NCBI GenBank assembly: GCA_963825525.1
Contig: CAWGTN010000002.1
Coordinates: 960,001-1,024,000, forward strand
Direction of reading: 5' to 3'
DNA: 64,000 nucleotides
DNA from: an uncultured Chloroflexia bacterium
GTDB taxonomy: Bacteria; Chloroflexota; Limnocylindria; QHBO01
Positions 49,904-61,417 of the stretch are shown one piece after another. The number at the start of each line of letters is the position of its first letter. The stretch's first letter is position 1. The notes under the pieces were generated by a model. It was not told the origin of the DNA and did no database searches. It was given only the letters and a program-made list of their open reading frames with translations. The position numbers were made by a program, and so were the translations under genes.

Positions 49904-52036
49904 TCAGCCCCGCGCCGGATCCACCTTCGGCAGCCGCGTCTTGCCCTCGACCAGGAAGTGGCGGAACCACTCGTCGATCAGGCGCAGGTTATCCACCCGC
50001 CGGAACGGCGTCCCGGAACGGGTCAGCTCGTGCGACTCGTCCGGTACCCGCATGAGCCGCACGGTCTTGCGCAGCGAGCGCAGGACGGAGAACAGCTCCT
50101 CCGCCTGGGTGACCGTGCAGCGCAGATCCTTCTCGCTGTGCTGGATGAGGAGCGGCGTCGTCATCTGGGTGACGTAGGTCAACGGAGAGTGACGGCGATA
50201 GAGGTCCCAGTCCTCCCACGGATGCACGCCGTACTCGTACAGGCCGAAGGTCGGGCCGCCGATGTCGCCGGAAAGCATCTGGCTCACCATGTCGTTCACG
50301 CTTCGGCAGGTCACCGCGGCCTTGAAGCGGTCCGTGTGGCCGACGATCCAGCTGGTCAGGTACCCGCCGTACGAGCCACCCGTGACCCCCATGCGGTCGG
50401 GATCGGCGAGGCCATCGGCCACGAGGCCGTCCAGGCCGGCCATGCAGTCGCGCATCGGGCCGTCTCCCCAATCGGCCATGTTGGCCGTGAGGAACGCCCG
50501 GCCGTATCCCTGCGAACCGCGGGGGTTGCAGGCGTAGACGCTGATGCCCGACGCGGCCAGCAGCTGCCACTCCCAGATCAGCGACCAGCCGTACAGGGTG
50601 CCCGGCCCACCGTGGATCTCGAGGATCACGGGCGCAGGCGCACGCTTCGTGCTCGCCGGGGACTCCAGGAACCAGCCCTGGATGCGTCGCCCATCGACCT
50701 CGTGCCAGCGCTCGACCGGCGTCACCAGCCGGACGTCGCCCCACGCCTCGGCCATCAGGCGGCTCAGCGGGCGCAGCCCGACGCTGTCGTCACCGGTCAG
50801 GCGCCCGGCCGGAACCTCGCCCACCACGACGTCGGGCGGCTCCGTCGCACTGGCCCGCACCGCGGCGATCCGCGCACCGCCGCGCGATGCTGCCGCGCTT
50901 GAGAATCGAGTCAGCTGATGACGCCCGTTGGTGAGCCGTTCCAACCGGCCACCGTCGAGCTCGACCCGCCACAGCTCCAGGCTGCCGTCCACGGGAGCCC
51001 CGAACATGAGCCAGCGGCCGTCGCCGATCCAGTGCAGCGATGCCTCGCCGCCACCGAGCAGGTCGCTGTTCATTGCGGCGGCGGCCTCGAGATCGGCATC
51101 GGCGATGAGGTCCTCGGCGTGGCCATCGCGCAGCCTGAAGCGCCATACCGACGCCTGCTGGATCTCGCCACGCTTCCAATCCCGCGTCCCGACCGCAGCG
51201 ATCCATTTCCCGTCCGGCGACCACGCCGGCGCGCCCCACGACTGCCGGCCTCGACCCGGTGACAGCTGGGTCACCTTCCGGCTGCCGACGTCGACCAGGT
51301 GAATGTCGGTGCGCCAACCGAGGTCGGGGTTGGGATGGCGATCGGAGACGAACGCGATTCGCCGGCCGTCGGGTGACCAGCGAGGGTCTCGGTCGTGGTG
51401 ATCGCCACGCGTCAGGAGCTCATTGGCGCCCGTGGTGGCGTTCACCAGCCAGAGGTGCTGGAACTGGTCGTGAACAAAGCCGGCGCCGTTGAACTGGTAG
51501 CCCAGCCGGTCGATGAGTCGGGTGTCGGGCGCGGGCGGGTCTCCGGGCCGGCGGTCCTTCGGCTTTTCGGGCTCGGTCGAGGTGGCGCCGCTCACGACAC
51601 ACAGCCGCCCCCCGTCCGGCGACCAGTCGATGGCCCCGACATCCTTCGGCAGGTCCGTCAGCTGTCGAGCCTCGCCGCCGTCGGCAAACGGGAGGAGCCA
51701 GACCTGCGTTCGCCCCTCTTTCGGGGCCTCGCTGCTGCCGGGCTTCGCGCCGCCGCCTCCGGCCTGCAGGATCGCCGCACGATCCGAGAGGAAGGCGAGG
51801 GTCCTGCTGTCCGGGCTCCAGCGCGGCGCGGTGTCGCTCGTCGACCCGACCGTGATCTGCCGCGCCTCGGTCGATCCGTCAGCCGCCGCGACCCAGAGTG
51901 AGCTGCGGTAGCCATCCTTGCCGGGGGCAACCGACTTGACGCTGAACGCCACGTGGCGGCCGTCGGGGGACAGGGCGACGTTGGTCGGGACGCGGAGCTG
52001 GTAGAGGTCCTCGGGACGCGGCGCGCGAGCGGCCAT
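49904..52036 (-). CDS. S9 family peptidase
   Basis: WSPDG beta-propeller repeats, IHGGP, GGSYGG, DLRC, ESHEL. Confidence 0.94.
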   Translation of the reverse strand: MAARAPRPEDLYQLRVPTNVALSPDGRHVAFSVKSVAPGKDGYRSSLWVAAADGSTEARQITVGSTSDTAPRWSPDSRTLAFLSDRAAILQAGGGGAKPGSSEAPKEGRTQVWLLPFADGGEARQLTDLPKDVGAIDWSPDGGRLCVVSGATSTEPEKPKDRRPGDPPAPDTRLIDRLGYQFNGAGFVHDQFQHLWLVNATTGANELLTRGDHHDRDPRWSPDGRRIAFVSDRHPNPDLGWRTDIHLVDVGSRKVTQLSPGRGRQSWGAPAWSPDGKWIAAVGTRDWKRGEIQQASVWRFRLRDGHAEDLIADADLEAAAAMNSDLLGGGEASLHWIGDGRWLMFGAPVDGSLELWRVELDGGRLERLTNGRHQLTRFSSAAASRGGARIAAVRASATEPPDVVVGEVPAGRLTGDDSVGLRPLSRLMAEAWGDVRLVTPVERWHEVDGRRIQGWFLESPASTKRAPAPVILEIHGGPGTLYGWSLIWEWQLLAASGISVYACNPRGSQGYGRAFLTANMADWGDGPMRDCMAGLDGLVADGLADPDRMGVTGGSYGGYLTSWIVGHTDRFKAAVTCRSVNDMVSQMLSGDIGGPTFGLYEYGVHPWEDWDLYRRHSPLTYVTQMTTPLLIQHSEKDLRCTVTQAEELFSVLRSLRKTVRLMRVPDESHELTRSGTPFRRVDNLRLIDEWFRHFLVEGKTRLPKVDPARG

Positions 52037-52179
52037 CGGCGGCGGTACTCCACTGCGGTGCTTGACGGGACGGGCGGATGGTCAGTGTAGCCAAGGACAC
52101 CCGACGAACGGTGGTCGGCCACCTCCGCTGCTGCTGCTGCTGCTCGGCGCGATGGAGGCCTAGATATCGGCGGGACTAG

Positions 52180-52222
52180 TACCAGTTCGTTGTCGTCGAC
52201 GCCTCGATCTCACCGGCCGACG
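52180..52222 (-). repeat. Diverged copy of the trxB 3' end
   Basis: 38/43 nt identical to 52488-52530; reads SAGEIEASTTTNWY* vs SVGEIEASTATNW*. Confidence 0.85.
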
Positions 52223-52239
52223 TAGGGAGTGCGGCTTGT

Positions 52240-52464
52240 TCAGCTCCGGTGCGCGTTGCGCTCGGGGACACGGCCGAGCTCGTCCTCGATCGTGGAGCCA
52301 CCGATACGGCCCACGTACTTGAACCGATCCGCCGCTACGATCGCATCGGTCCGTTCACGGTCCCGCGCGGCCGAGAGGCCGGCACGTCGGCCCGGGTCAT
52401 GCTCGTTCCCCCGTCGCGAGAAGCGGCGGCCAATCCTGCCGAGCTGTGCGATGAGCCACGCCAT
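52240..52464 (-). CDS. Small hypothetical protein (74 aa) between the two trxB 3' ends
   Basis: GGGGAGG RBS; MAWLIAQLGRIGRRF... Confidence 0.55.
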   Translation of the reverse strand: MAWLIAQLGRIGRRFSRRGNEHDPGRRAGLSAARDRERTDAIVAADRFKYVGRIGGSTIEDELGRVPERNAHRS

Positions 52465-52486
52465 GTCGCCCCTCCCCGCATTGTCG

Positions 52487-53497
52487 CTACCAGTTCGTGG
52501 CGGTCGACGCCTCGATCTCGCCGACCGACGCGAGCCATCGCTCGGCGTCAATCGCCGCCTTGCAGCCGTCGCCGGCCGCCGTCACCGCCTGGCGATAGTG
52601 GCTGTCATGGACGTCACCGGCCACGAAGACGCCCTCGATCCCCGATCCCGTTTCGCCGACGACCTCGAGGTAGCCGCCCTTGCCGACCTTCAGCTGGCCC
52701 TCGAACAGGTCGGTGTTCGGCTTGTACCCGATCGCGACGAAGAGCCCCTGCACCGGCAGCTCGCTCGTCTCGCCGCTGTCGGTGTCGCGCACCGTGAGGG
52801 ATGTGACGGTCATCTCGCCCTTCACCTCGGTGACCTCGCGGTTGAACTGGATCTCGATCTTCGGATCCTTGGCCGCGCGGTCCTGCATGATCTTGCTGCC
52901 GCGGAACTCGTCGCGGCGAACGAGCATGGTGACCTTGTCGGCAAACCGGGTGAGGAAGGTCGCCTCCTCGAGCGCCGTATCTCCCCCACCGACCACGGCG
53001 ACCTCGCGTCCACGGAAGAAGAAGCCGTCGCAGGTCGCGCATGCGCTGACGCCGCGCCCGCGGAACTCCTCCTCGGAGGGCAATCCCAGCCACAGGGCCG
53101 ATGCGCCGGTCGCGATGATCACGGCATCGGCGCGGTACTCGTCGTCGCCGACCCAGATCCGGTGCGGACGCTGGCTGAAGTCGACCCTCGTGGCGTCCTT
53201 TTCGATGATCGTGGAACCGAATCGCTCCGCCTGCTCGCGGAACTGCTGCATGAGCTCGGGCCCCTGGATGCCGTGCGGGAATCCGGGGTAGTTCTCGACA
53301 TCGGAGGTGATCATGAGCTGGCCCATCGGCACATTGCCGGCGATGACGAGCGGCTCGAGGTTGGCGCGAGCGGCATAGATGGCGGCGGTCAGTCCGGCAG
53401 GTCCGGAGCCGATGATGACGACCTTGCGGTGGCGGGTATCGGCGTGGTCGTGATCGGGGATCGGGTTGGCGGTCGAAGGGGGAACGGTGGCGGTCAT
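52487..53497 (-). CDS. trxB: Thioredoxin-disulfide reductase
   Basis: IIGSGPAG, VENYPGF, CATCDG, GGGDTA, YRQAVTAAG. Confidence 0.97.
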   Translation of the reverse strand: MTATVPPSTANPIPDHDHADTRHRKVVIIGSGPAGLTAAIYAARANLEPLVIAGNVPMGQLMITSDVENYPGFPHGIQGPELMQQFREQAERFGSTIIEKDATRVDFSQRPHRIWVGDDEYRADAVIIATGASALWLGLPSEEEFRGRGVSACATCDGFFFRGREVAVVGGGDTALEEATFLTRFADKVTMLVRRDEFRGSKIMQDRAAKDPKIEIQFNREVTEVKGEMTVTSLTVRDTDSGETSELPVQGLFVAIGYKPNTDLFEGQLKVGKGGYLEVVGETGSGIEGVFVAGDVHDSHYRQAVTAAGDGCKAAIDAERWLASVGEIEASTATNW

Positions 53498-53559
53498 ATC
53501 GTCTCAAGTGTAACGCGGCGAGGAAGGCGCCACTGTGAGTCGGCTGACGCCGTCGAGTC

Positions 53560-54348
53560 ATGCGCAACCGCACCGGGCAGCGTAGAGGGGACGTGCACGA
53601 CGAGGGCCTATCATCGATCGGTGAACCCGGTCGATCCTTGCTGACCGCGCTGGAGCGCGTGCGCCGGACGCTGCCCCTATCGTCACGCGCCGACCTGGAC
53701 GAGCTCCTCGACAGCGGCCAGCTGAGCACGAGCGAGGTTGCGGCAAACCTTCGCGACCTGGCGCGGCTCAACCGGCTGCCCGGCGGGAGCGCAACCAGCG
53801 CGCGGGCGATCGAGCGCCTCACCGCATCGCGGAGCGCGAGTGTCATCGATGTCGGAACCGGCCTGGCGGACATCGCGCGGGCGTTCGCGCGTCGATCGTG
53901 GAGCATCACCGCCGTCGACACCAATGCCCAGGTGCTGGCCCAGGCGCGGCGTCATGTCGGCGAAGCCGTGAAGCTCATCGAAGCCGATGCGCGCGCCCTT
54001 CCCTTCCCCGACGGGTCATTCGACGTGGCGCACTGCTCGCTGCTCATCCACCACCTCGACCCGTCCGACGCCATCGCCGTCCTTCGTGAGATGGCCCGGG
54101 TCGCGCGATGCGGCGTGATCATCAACGACCTGCGGCGCGGACTGCTTCCGCTGGTCGCGACCGCGGTGAGCGTCGGAGCCCTCGGGCGGAGCCGCGTCAC
54201 GCGGGTCGATGGCATCACGTCCGTACGGCGCGCCTACACCATCGGCGAGCTCGACGAACTCATCGTCGCCGCCGGATTGCGCGTCGCATGGCGTTCCGCG
54301 GGCTGGATGCCAAGGGTCGTCACCGCCGCCACGCGGTCCGTCTCATGA
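53560..54348 (+). CDS. SAM-dependent methyltransferase (start uncertain)
   Basis: ELLD...NLRDLARLN, IDVGTGLAD, CSLLIHH, INDLRR, DGITSVRRAY. Confidence 0.88.
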   Translation: MRNRTGQRRGDVHDEGLSSIGEPGRSLLTALERVRRTLPLSSRADLDELLDSGQLSTSEVAANLRDLARLNRLPGGSATSARAIERLTASRSASVIDVGTGLADIARAFARRSWSITAVDTNAQVLAQARRHVGEAVKLIEADARALPFPDGSFDVAHCSLLIHHLDPSDAIAVLREMARVARCGVIINDLRRGLLPLVATAVSVGALGRSRVTRVDGITSVRRAYTIGELDELIVAAGLRVAWRSAGWMPRVVTAATRSVS

Positions 54349-55514
54349 CGCGGCTCGACGTCCTCGTGATCGGCGCCGGACCCGCCGGATCGGCGCTGGC
54401 AGCCGGCCTCGCCCGTGGTGGCGCCTCCGTCGCGATGGTGGAGGCCGCCTCGCATCCGCGCCCCAAGGTGTGTGCGGAGTACGCCAGCCCGCGCATCGTC
54501 GAAGAGCTGGCTCGCATCGGCATGCCCGGCTCGTGGCGCTCCACGGCCGTCGCGCTGGACGGGATGGACCTTCACGCCGGCCGTCGTCTCGCGCCGATCC
54601 GCTACGCGGACGCAGGCGGAAATCGCACGGCCTGGGGCGTTGATCGGATGACATTCGACGCGGCCCTCGCCGATCACGCGTCCGCCTCAGGGGCTGCGCT
54701 CCGTGAAGGGACAAGGCTCGTCTCCCTCATCGCCGATGGGACGCGGGTTCGCGGTGCACGGGTGCGCGACGCGCGCAGCGGCGCCGAGGAGGTGCTGCAT
54801 GCCGATTGGGTCGTGGGCGCCGATGGCACGCGCTCGACGGTCAGCCATCTGCTCGGGGTGGATCGCGCCGTTCGATTCCCGCGACGTCTCGGGCTGGTGG
54901 CGCACTACTCGGGCGTCGAGGGGCTCACGAATCACGGCGAGATGCACGCCGGCCATGGCTTCTATGTCGGCCTGGCGCCGACGCCCGGCGGCGAGCTGAA
55001 CGTGGGCATGGCACTCCCGATGACCGACCGCAGACCCGCAGCCGAACGCTTCGCCGAGGCAATCGCACTGCTTCCCGCAGTCGCCGACCGATTGCGCGGC
55101 AGCCGACGGCTGACCCCGATCCGGGGCGCGTCACCGATCGGGCACCGCGTGTCCGACACCGCAGGCGCGGGGTGGCTGCTCGTGGGTGACGCGGCGGGGT
55201 TCGTGGACCCGTTCACCGGCGAGGGCATCCATCGCGCGCTCCGATCCGCACGGGCCGCAGCAGGCGCCATCCTGGGCGGTGGCGACGTGGCATCGGCCTA
55301 CCGCGCCGAGCGACGTCGCGCCTTCGCCGCAAAGAGCGCGCTGAGCTGGCTCGTCCAGGGCTTCCTGGCGGCACCGGCGGCCCTCGAGCACGTGGTCGGA
55401 CGCCTGGAGTCGCGGCCGGGGGCGGCCCTGCGCCTCGGCTCGGCGCTCGGCGACCTTCGCCCGGCGACCGATGCGCTCACGCCGCGGGCCGTTCTCGAGG
55501 TGCTGGCCCCGTGA
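54345..55514 (+). CDS. FAD-dependent oxidoreductase (geranylgeranyl-reductase/monooxygenase-like)
   Basis: VIGAGPAG, PRPKVCAE, VGADG, VGDAAGFVDPFTGEG; ATGA overlap. Confidence 0.9.
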   Translation: MTRLDVLVIGAGPAGSALAAGLARGGASVAMVEAASHPRPKVCAEYASPRIVEELARIGMPGSWRSTAVALDGMDLHAGRRLAPIRYADAGGNRTAWGVDRMTFDAALADHASASGAALREGTRLVSLIADGTRVRGARVRDARSGAEEVLHADWVVGADGTRSTVSHLLGVDRAVRFPRRLGLVAHYSGVEGLTNHGEMHAGHGFYVGLAPTPGGELNVGMALPMTDRRPAAERFAEAIALLPAVADRLRGSRRLTPIRGASPIGHRVSDTAGAGWLLVGDAAGFVDPFTGEGIHRALRSARAAAGAILGGGDVASAYRAERRRAFAAKSALSWLVQGFLAAPAALEHVVGRLESRPGAALRLGSALGDLRPATDALTPRAVLEVLAP

Positions 55515-55957
55515 AGAGCACGTTGCACGAGATCATGCGAGCGCCGTGGGAGCGCATCTTCCCCCTGGCCGCCGATGTCGAGCGCTGGCCGGAGATCCTG
55601 CCCCACTACCGCTACGTCCGCCCGGTCGCGGATCCCGACGGTGAGCGACGCTTCGCCATGGGCGCGCGGCGCGGCGCGATCCCCGTCAAGTGGGAGGCGA
55701 TCATCCGGCCGATGCGCGAGCAACGCACGATCGAGTTCGTCCACACCGGTGGCGTGACCCGCGGGATGTGGGTCGCCTGGCGCTTCGAGCCGGTCGACGA
55801 CGGCACCGACGTCAGCATCGAACATCGGCTCGACCTGGGATGGCCCGTCATCGGCGAGTTCGCGGCACATCGGGTGATCGGCCCCCACTTCATCGAGGCG
55901 ATCGCCGGTAAGACGCTGCGCCGGATCCGTGCGATCGCCGAAGGAGGGCCGGCATGA
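55511..55957 (+). CDS. SRPBCC/polyketide cyclase-like protein
   Basis: AADVERWPEILPHYRYV, HTGGVTRGMWVAWRF; GTGA overlap. Confidence 0.85.
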   Translation: MKSTLHEIMRAPWERIFPLAADVERWPEILPHYRYVRPVADPDGERRFAMGARRGAIPVKWEAIIRPMREQRTIEFVHTGGVTRGMWVAWRFEPVDDGTDVSIEHRLDLGWPVIGEFAAHRVIGPHFIEAIAGKTLRRIRAIAEGGPA

Positions 55958-57183
55958 GGCGGCGCGTGGTCATCACCGGGATCGGCGCGGTGACCCCGAT
56001 CGGGACCGGGGCCAGCGGGCTGTGGGATGGCGTGATGGCGAACGCCTCGGCGGTGCGCCGCATCGACCGCTTCGACGCGAGCCCCTTCCCCTCCCGGATC
56101 GCGGCCCAGATCGACGACTTCGACCCCGCCGACCACCTCGAGGCACGGCGAGCGCGCCGCCTGGATCGGTTCAGCGCGCTGGCGGTCGTCGCAGCCCGCC
56201 AGGCCTATGAGGCCGGCGGGCTCGAGGCCCACGCGGGTGAGCGAACCGGCGTCTTCATCGGCTCGGCGCTGGGCGGGACCGCCTTTGGCGAGGAGCAGCA
56301 TGCCGCGTATGTCGCCCGGGGCGTGCGGGGCGTGGCACCGACCCTGGCGCTGGCCGTGTTCGGCGGGGCGGGGGCCAGCAACATCGCCATCGACCTCGGC
56401 CTGACCGGGCCGGCGGTGGGAAACGCCAACTCCTGCGCGTCGGGGGCGGTGGCCATCGGCCAGGCGCTGGATGCCATTCGTGGCGGCACCGTGGACGCGG
56501 CGCTGGCCGGCGGATCGGAGGCGCCGCTGGCACCACTCACGTTCGGTGCCTTCGCCATGATCCGCGTGCTGTCCCAGCGCAACGATGATCCGGAGCACGC
56601 GTCCCGCCCGTTCGACGTCGCGCGCGACGGGTTCGTGATGGGCGAGGGCGCCGCGGTGATGGCGCTCGAGGAGCGCGAGGCCGCCCTGGCACGAGGCGCC
56701 CGCGTGATCGCCGAGGTCGTGGGGTACGGGGCAAGCAACGACGCGTACCACATGACCGCGCCCCGTCCCGATGGACGCGAGGCGGCGCGCGCCGCGCGTA
56801 CCGCGATCGAGGATTCGGGCATCGATGTCAGGCGCATCGGCTACATCAACGCCCACGCATCCAGCACGCCACTCAACGAGCCGGCCGAAGCTCGGGCCAT
56901 CCGCGCAGCACTCGGCGACGCGGCGGGCGACATCCCGGTCTCGGGCACGAAGGGGCTGTACGGGCACGCCCTGGGCGCGTCGGGAGCCATCGAGGCGGCG
57001 ATCACCGCCATGGCAATTGATCGGGGCATCCTGCCGGGCACCTGCAACCTCGAAACGCAGGATCCCGACGTGGACCTTCGCGTTCTGCGCGAGGCCACGC
57101 CGCTGCGCGTTGATGCCGCCCTGTCGACATCATTCGGCTTCGGCGGCATGAACGCGGCGCTGGTCCTGGCCCGGCACGACTAG
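55954..57183 (+). CDS. Beta-ketoacyl synthase (FabF/KAS II-like)
   Basis: RRVVITGIG, NSCASG, SRPFD..RDGFVMGEG, INAHAS, GHALGASG, SFGFGG. Confidence 0.92.
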   Translation: MRRRVVITGIGAVTPIGTGASGLWDGVMANASAVRRIDRFDASPFPSRIAAQIDDFDPADHLEARRARRLDRFSALAVVAARQAYEAGGLEAHAGERTGVFIGSALGGTAFGEEQHAAYVARGVRGVAPTLALAVFGGAGASNIAIDLGLTGPAVGNANSCASGAVAIGQALDAIRGGTVDAALAGGSEAPLAPLTFGAFAMIRVLSQRNDDPEHASRPFDVARDGFVMGEGAAVMALEEREAALARGARVIAEVVGYGASNDAYHMTAPRPDGREAARAARTAIEDSGIDVRRIGYINAHASSTPLNEPAEARAIRAALGDAAGDIPVSGTKGLYGHALGASGAIEAAITAMAIDRGILPGTCNLETQDPDVDLRVLREATPLRVDAALSTSFGFGGMNAALVLARHD

Positions 57184-57572
57184 CCGGTGGCGCCCTCTTC
57201 AACCGACTGGTGGATGGCCCACTCCAGGGCGTCCTCGAACGCCCTCGTCCCGGCGGCCTTGTCCACGACGACCGTGGCGCGGTCCTCGCAGATCATCGAC
57301 GGCAATGAGTCGACCGAGCTCCCGGTCCAGTAGATGACGGGCATGTGCGGATACCGGTGGCGGGTGGCCAGGAAGAGTGCGGCGCTCAGCTCGTGCTCGA
57401 GGCGCCAGTCCAGGATGACGATGTCCGGCTCGGGAGCCGTGCGCAGCGCCGCCAGGAAGGCGATCGGCATTCGAAAGACCGATGGCGCCATCTCGTTCGC
57501 CTGGCACAGGTCGGCCGCCAGCGTCGCGGCCTGGATCTCGTCCTCGACGATCCATACCTGTCGCGCACTCAT
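57180..57572 (-). CDS. Single-domain response regulator
   Basis: WIVEDE, VILDWRL, YWTG, VDK. Confidence 0.8.
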   Translation of the reverse strand: MSARQVWIVEDEIQAATLAADLCQANEMAPSVFRMPIAFLAALRTAPEPDIVILDWRLEHELSAALFLATRHRYPHMPVIYWTGSSVDSLPSMICEDRATVVVDKAAGTRAFEDALEWAIHQSVEEGATG

Positions 57573-57659
57573 GGCCCCCGGCCCCCGCTCACTGTCCACG
57601 CCCCGTCGGGGGTGCACGCCGCGTGCCGATCTCACGGTCCCGCTCTACCATGAAGCGGC

Positions 57660-58881
<1,222 letters not shown>

Positions 58882-58901
<20 letters not shown>

Positions 58902-59328
58902 CACTCGGCAGCTGCTGGCCGGGGAATTCCTCGTCGCGTGGCCAGGCCGTTGCCAGCGCAGGGCCACGTGCCGGCAGAAGGATCCGAACGGGGTAAGCGT
59001 CGCCGGCCTGGAGGTCGGCCGGCACCGCTGCACGGTAGATCGTGGTCCCGTCAACGAACACCCGCAGCGACCCGCTGACCTCGTACAGCGGGATGATGAC
59101 GTCCCGGCAGCTTTCGATCAGGGCCGAGCCAACGTCAAGCGCCCCTGCATCGGACGCAAAGCCCACCTCGACATGCGCGGGTCCGAAGTTGCGAACCGCC
59201 AGGTACAGGGTCGGACCGTCGGTGTTGGGTACGGCCGGATCGAGATCGCGACCGAGCGGGTTGCAGGCGGCGAGCAGCAAGGCGGCGGCGACCAAGCAAG
59301 GTTGCACGTATCGCCAGGTCAGCCGCAC
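58882..59328 (-). CDS. Hypothetical lipoprotein (paralog 2)
   Basis: Lipobox LAA-C; [16 protein letters not shown]-terminal PDCP. Confidence 0.7.
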
Positions 59329-59764
59329 CCGGGCATGACCATCGGGATGGGCGGTGGAAGGGTGGCGACCACGAGTCGCCCGCCAACCTCGGGAACCCCG
59401 TCGGCTCCGATATCGACCTGGAGCACGAGATACGCATCGGCGGCGATCCCAGCCGGAACGGTGTCCTCGTGGACGAGGGCCCCGTTCACGAAAACCTGGA
59501 AGGATCCCAATATCGGACCAAACGGGATCGGTCAGCCGCTGGCACGCTCCGACGCTCCCTACCCGCCGCCGCTGGAGTTGGGGGCTGTGGAATCGTATCC
59601 GACGTCGACCATCTCCGGCGATCTGTTGAAGACCAGCAGCGCGAGCGTCGGCCCGAGGACCCCGGCCCGACCGGTTGTGCCGGCCCTTCCTCGATCCGCT
59701 GCCCGACGGGGAAGCATGCGCTGAGCAGCACGCAGAGAACGGCCGCCACCGCAGGGATCCTCAT
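59319..59764 (-). CDS. Hypothetical lipoprotein (paralog 1), frameshifted
   Basis: Lipobox LSA-C; reconstructed GPTLALLVFN, VFVNG, C-terminal PGCG. Confidence 0.6.
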
Positions 59765-59768
59765 CGGG

Positions 59769-60509
59769 CTACCTGCGCGGCTCCCAGCTGAAGAAGCGCA
59801 GGGCACCGACGACGCCGATGAGCCCCCATCCGGCGATCACTCCGAGCTCCACCCACGGGAAGTCCGTCGCGCCACCGGTCGTGTAGAGGCCGATCATCGC
59901 GTCGGCGAAGTGGCGGACCGGCAGGATGTGGCTGACCGCATCGATCCAGTCGGGCGCGTTCTCGATCGGGATGAATACGTTGCTGATGAACAGCACGGGC
60001 AGGATGGTGGCGTTCACGACGGCCGGCGCGGCGTCCGAGTTCGGGATGAGGCCGGTCACGGCCAGCCCCAGGGCACAGAACGACGCCGATCCGACGACAA
60101 GCACGAGCAGGACGGTGGGCATGGCCGCCCACGGGATCTCCACGTTGTAGGCCAGCGCGCCGAACCCGGCGACGATGACGACCAGCAGGAAGCCGATGAT
60201 GACGGCGTGTCCGATCCGTCCGGCGAGATACGCCCACGGCGGCAACGGGGTGCCGCGGATTCGCTTGAGAATCCCCTCGTCGCGGGCGATCGTCACCGTC
60301 ATGGCGAGGTTCGTGTACGTCGCGGTGATCACGCTGAAGACGATGATCGCCGGCGTGAAGAAGGCCGATGCCCCCTCCCCGAACAGGACGTTGAAGATGA
60401 CCATGAAGATGAGCGGGAAGGCGAACGTGAAGAACGCGGCGGGCGGATTGCGCCAGAACGCGCGGTTCTCGTAGCGGATCTGGCGCAGTGCCAGCGCGAG
60501 GCCATTCAT
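59769..60509 (-). CDS. ABC-2 type permease
   Basis: FWRNPPAAFFTFAFPL, RDEGILKRIRGTPL, ~6 TM. Confidence 0.9.
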   Translation of the reverse strand: MNGLALALRQIRYENRAFWRNPPAAFFTFAFPLIFMVIFNVLFGEGASAFFTPAIIVFSVITATYTNLAMTVTIARDEGILKRIRGTPLPPWAYLAGRIGHAVIIGFLLVVIVAGFGALAYNVEIPWAAMPTVLLVLVVGSASFCALGLAVTGLIPNSDAAPAVVNATILPVLFISNVFIPIENAPDWIDAVSHILPVRHFADAMIGLYTTGGATDFPWVELGVIAGWGLIGVVGALRFFSWEPRR

Positions 60510-61417
60510 TCGACCACCTCCGCATCGGCGGTGAGCTGGAGGTAGACGTCCTCGAGCGATCGCCGGCTGACCTCGAGGTCGACGAGGTCCGTTGCCGTCT
60601 CCATTGCCCAGCCGGTGAGAAGGTTCAACGTTCGGGTTGGCGCGTCGGTCTCGACCTCCCAGCCCGACGTGGTCCGCGCCGCACGCACCGACTCCGGGGG
60701 CACCGCATCGCCAGCCAGGCGGAATCGAATGCGGGTCGCGGACGACGTCGCGCCGATCAGCTCGTCCGCGGTTCCCCTGGCCACGATCAGGCCATCGGCA
60801 ATGATCGCAAGACGGTCGGCCAACGCCTGCGCTTCGTCCATGAAGTGGGTGGTCAGGAAGATCGTCTTGCCCAGTGCCGCCAGCCCGCGGATCGTCTCCC
60901 ATGCCTGGCGGCGCGCCGATGGATCGAAGCCGGTGGTCGGCTCGTCGAGGAAGAGCAGCTCCGGGTCTCCCGCCAGCGCCACCGCCAGGTCGACGCGTCG
61001 CCGCTGTCCACCCGACAGCTTCTTGACCCGCTGGTTTCGCTGCTCGGTCAGCCCGGCCAGGCCGATCACCTCGTCCACGTCACGAGGCGCCGGGTAGTAC
61101 CCCGCGATCATCTCGACGACCTCGCGGACGGTGAGGTAGAGGTCGACGCCGGTCTGCTGCAGCACGATCCCGACACGCTGCTTGAGGGCGGCCTCGTTGC
61201 GGCCGGGGTCGTGGCCAAGCACGCTGACCTCGCCCGCGGTCCGGGCGCGGTGCCCCTCGAGGATCTCGACGGTGGTCGTCTTGCCGGCGCCATTCGGCCC
61301 GAGCAGTGCGAACACTTCGCCGCGCTCGACGCGCAGGTCGATGCCGCGGACGGCTTCGAGAGAGCCGTAGGTCTTGCGGAGGCCGCGCAGGTCGATGGCT
61401 GCGTCAGCCAACGTCAT
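60506..61417 (-). CDS. ABC transporter ATP-binding protein (DrrA-like)
   Basis: GPNGAGKTT, LSGGQRRR, FLDEPTTG. Confidence 0.95.
   Translation of the reverse strand: MTLADAAIDLRGLRKTYGSLEAVRGIDLRVERGEVFALLGPNGAGKTTTVEILEGHRARTAGEVSVLGHDPGRNEAALKQRVGIVLQQTGVDLYLTVREVVEMIAGYYPAPRDVDEVIGLAGLTEQRNQRVKKLSGGQRRRVDLAVALAGDPELLFLDEPTTGFDPSARRQAWETIRGLAALGKTIFLTTHFMDEAQALADRLAIIADGLIVARGTADELIGATSSATRIRFRLAGDAVPPESVRAARTTSGWEVETDAPTRTLNLLTGWAMETATDLVDLEVSRRSLEDVYLQLTADAEVVE

Noticed and set aside
52127-52144. (GCT)6 microsatellite
   Set aside because: Short and intergenic; no evidence for phase variation
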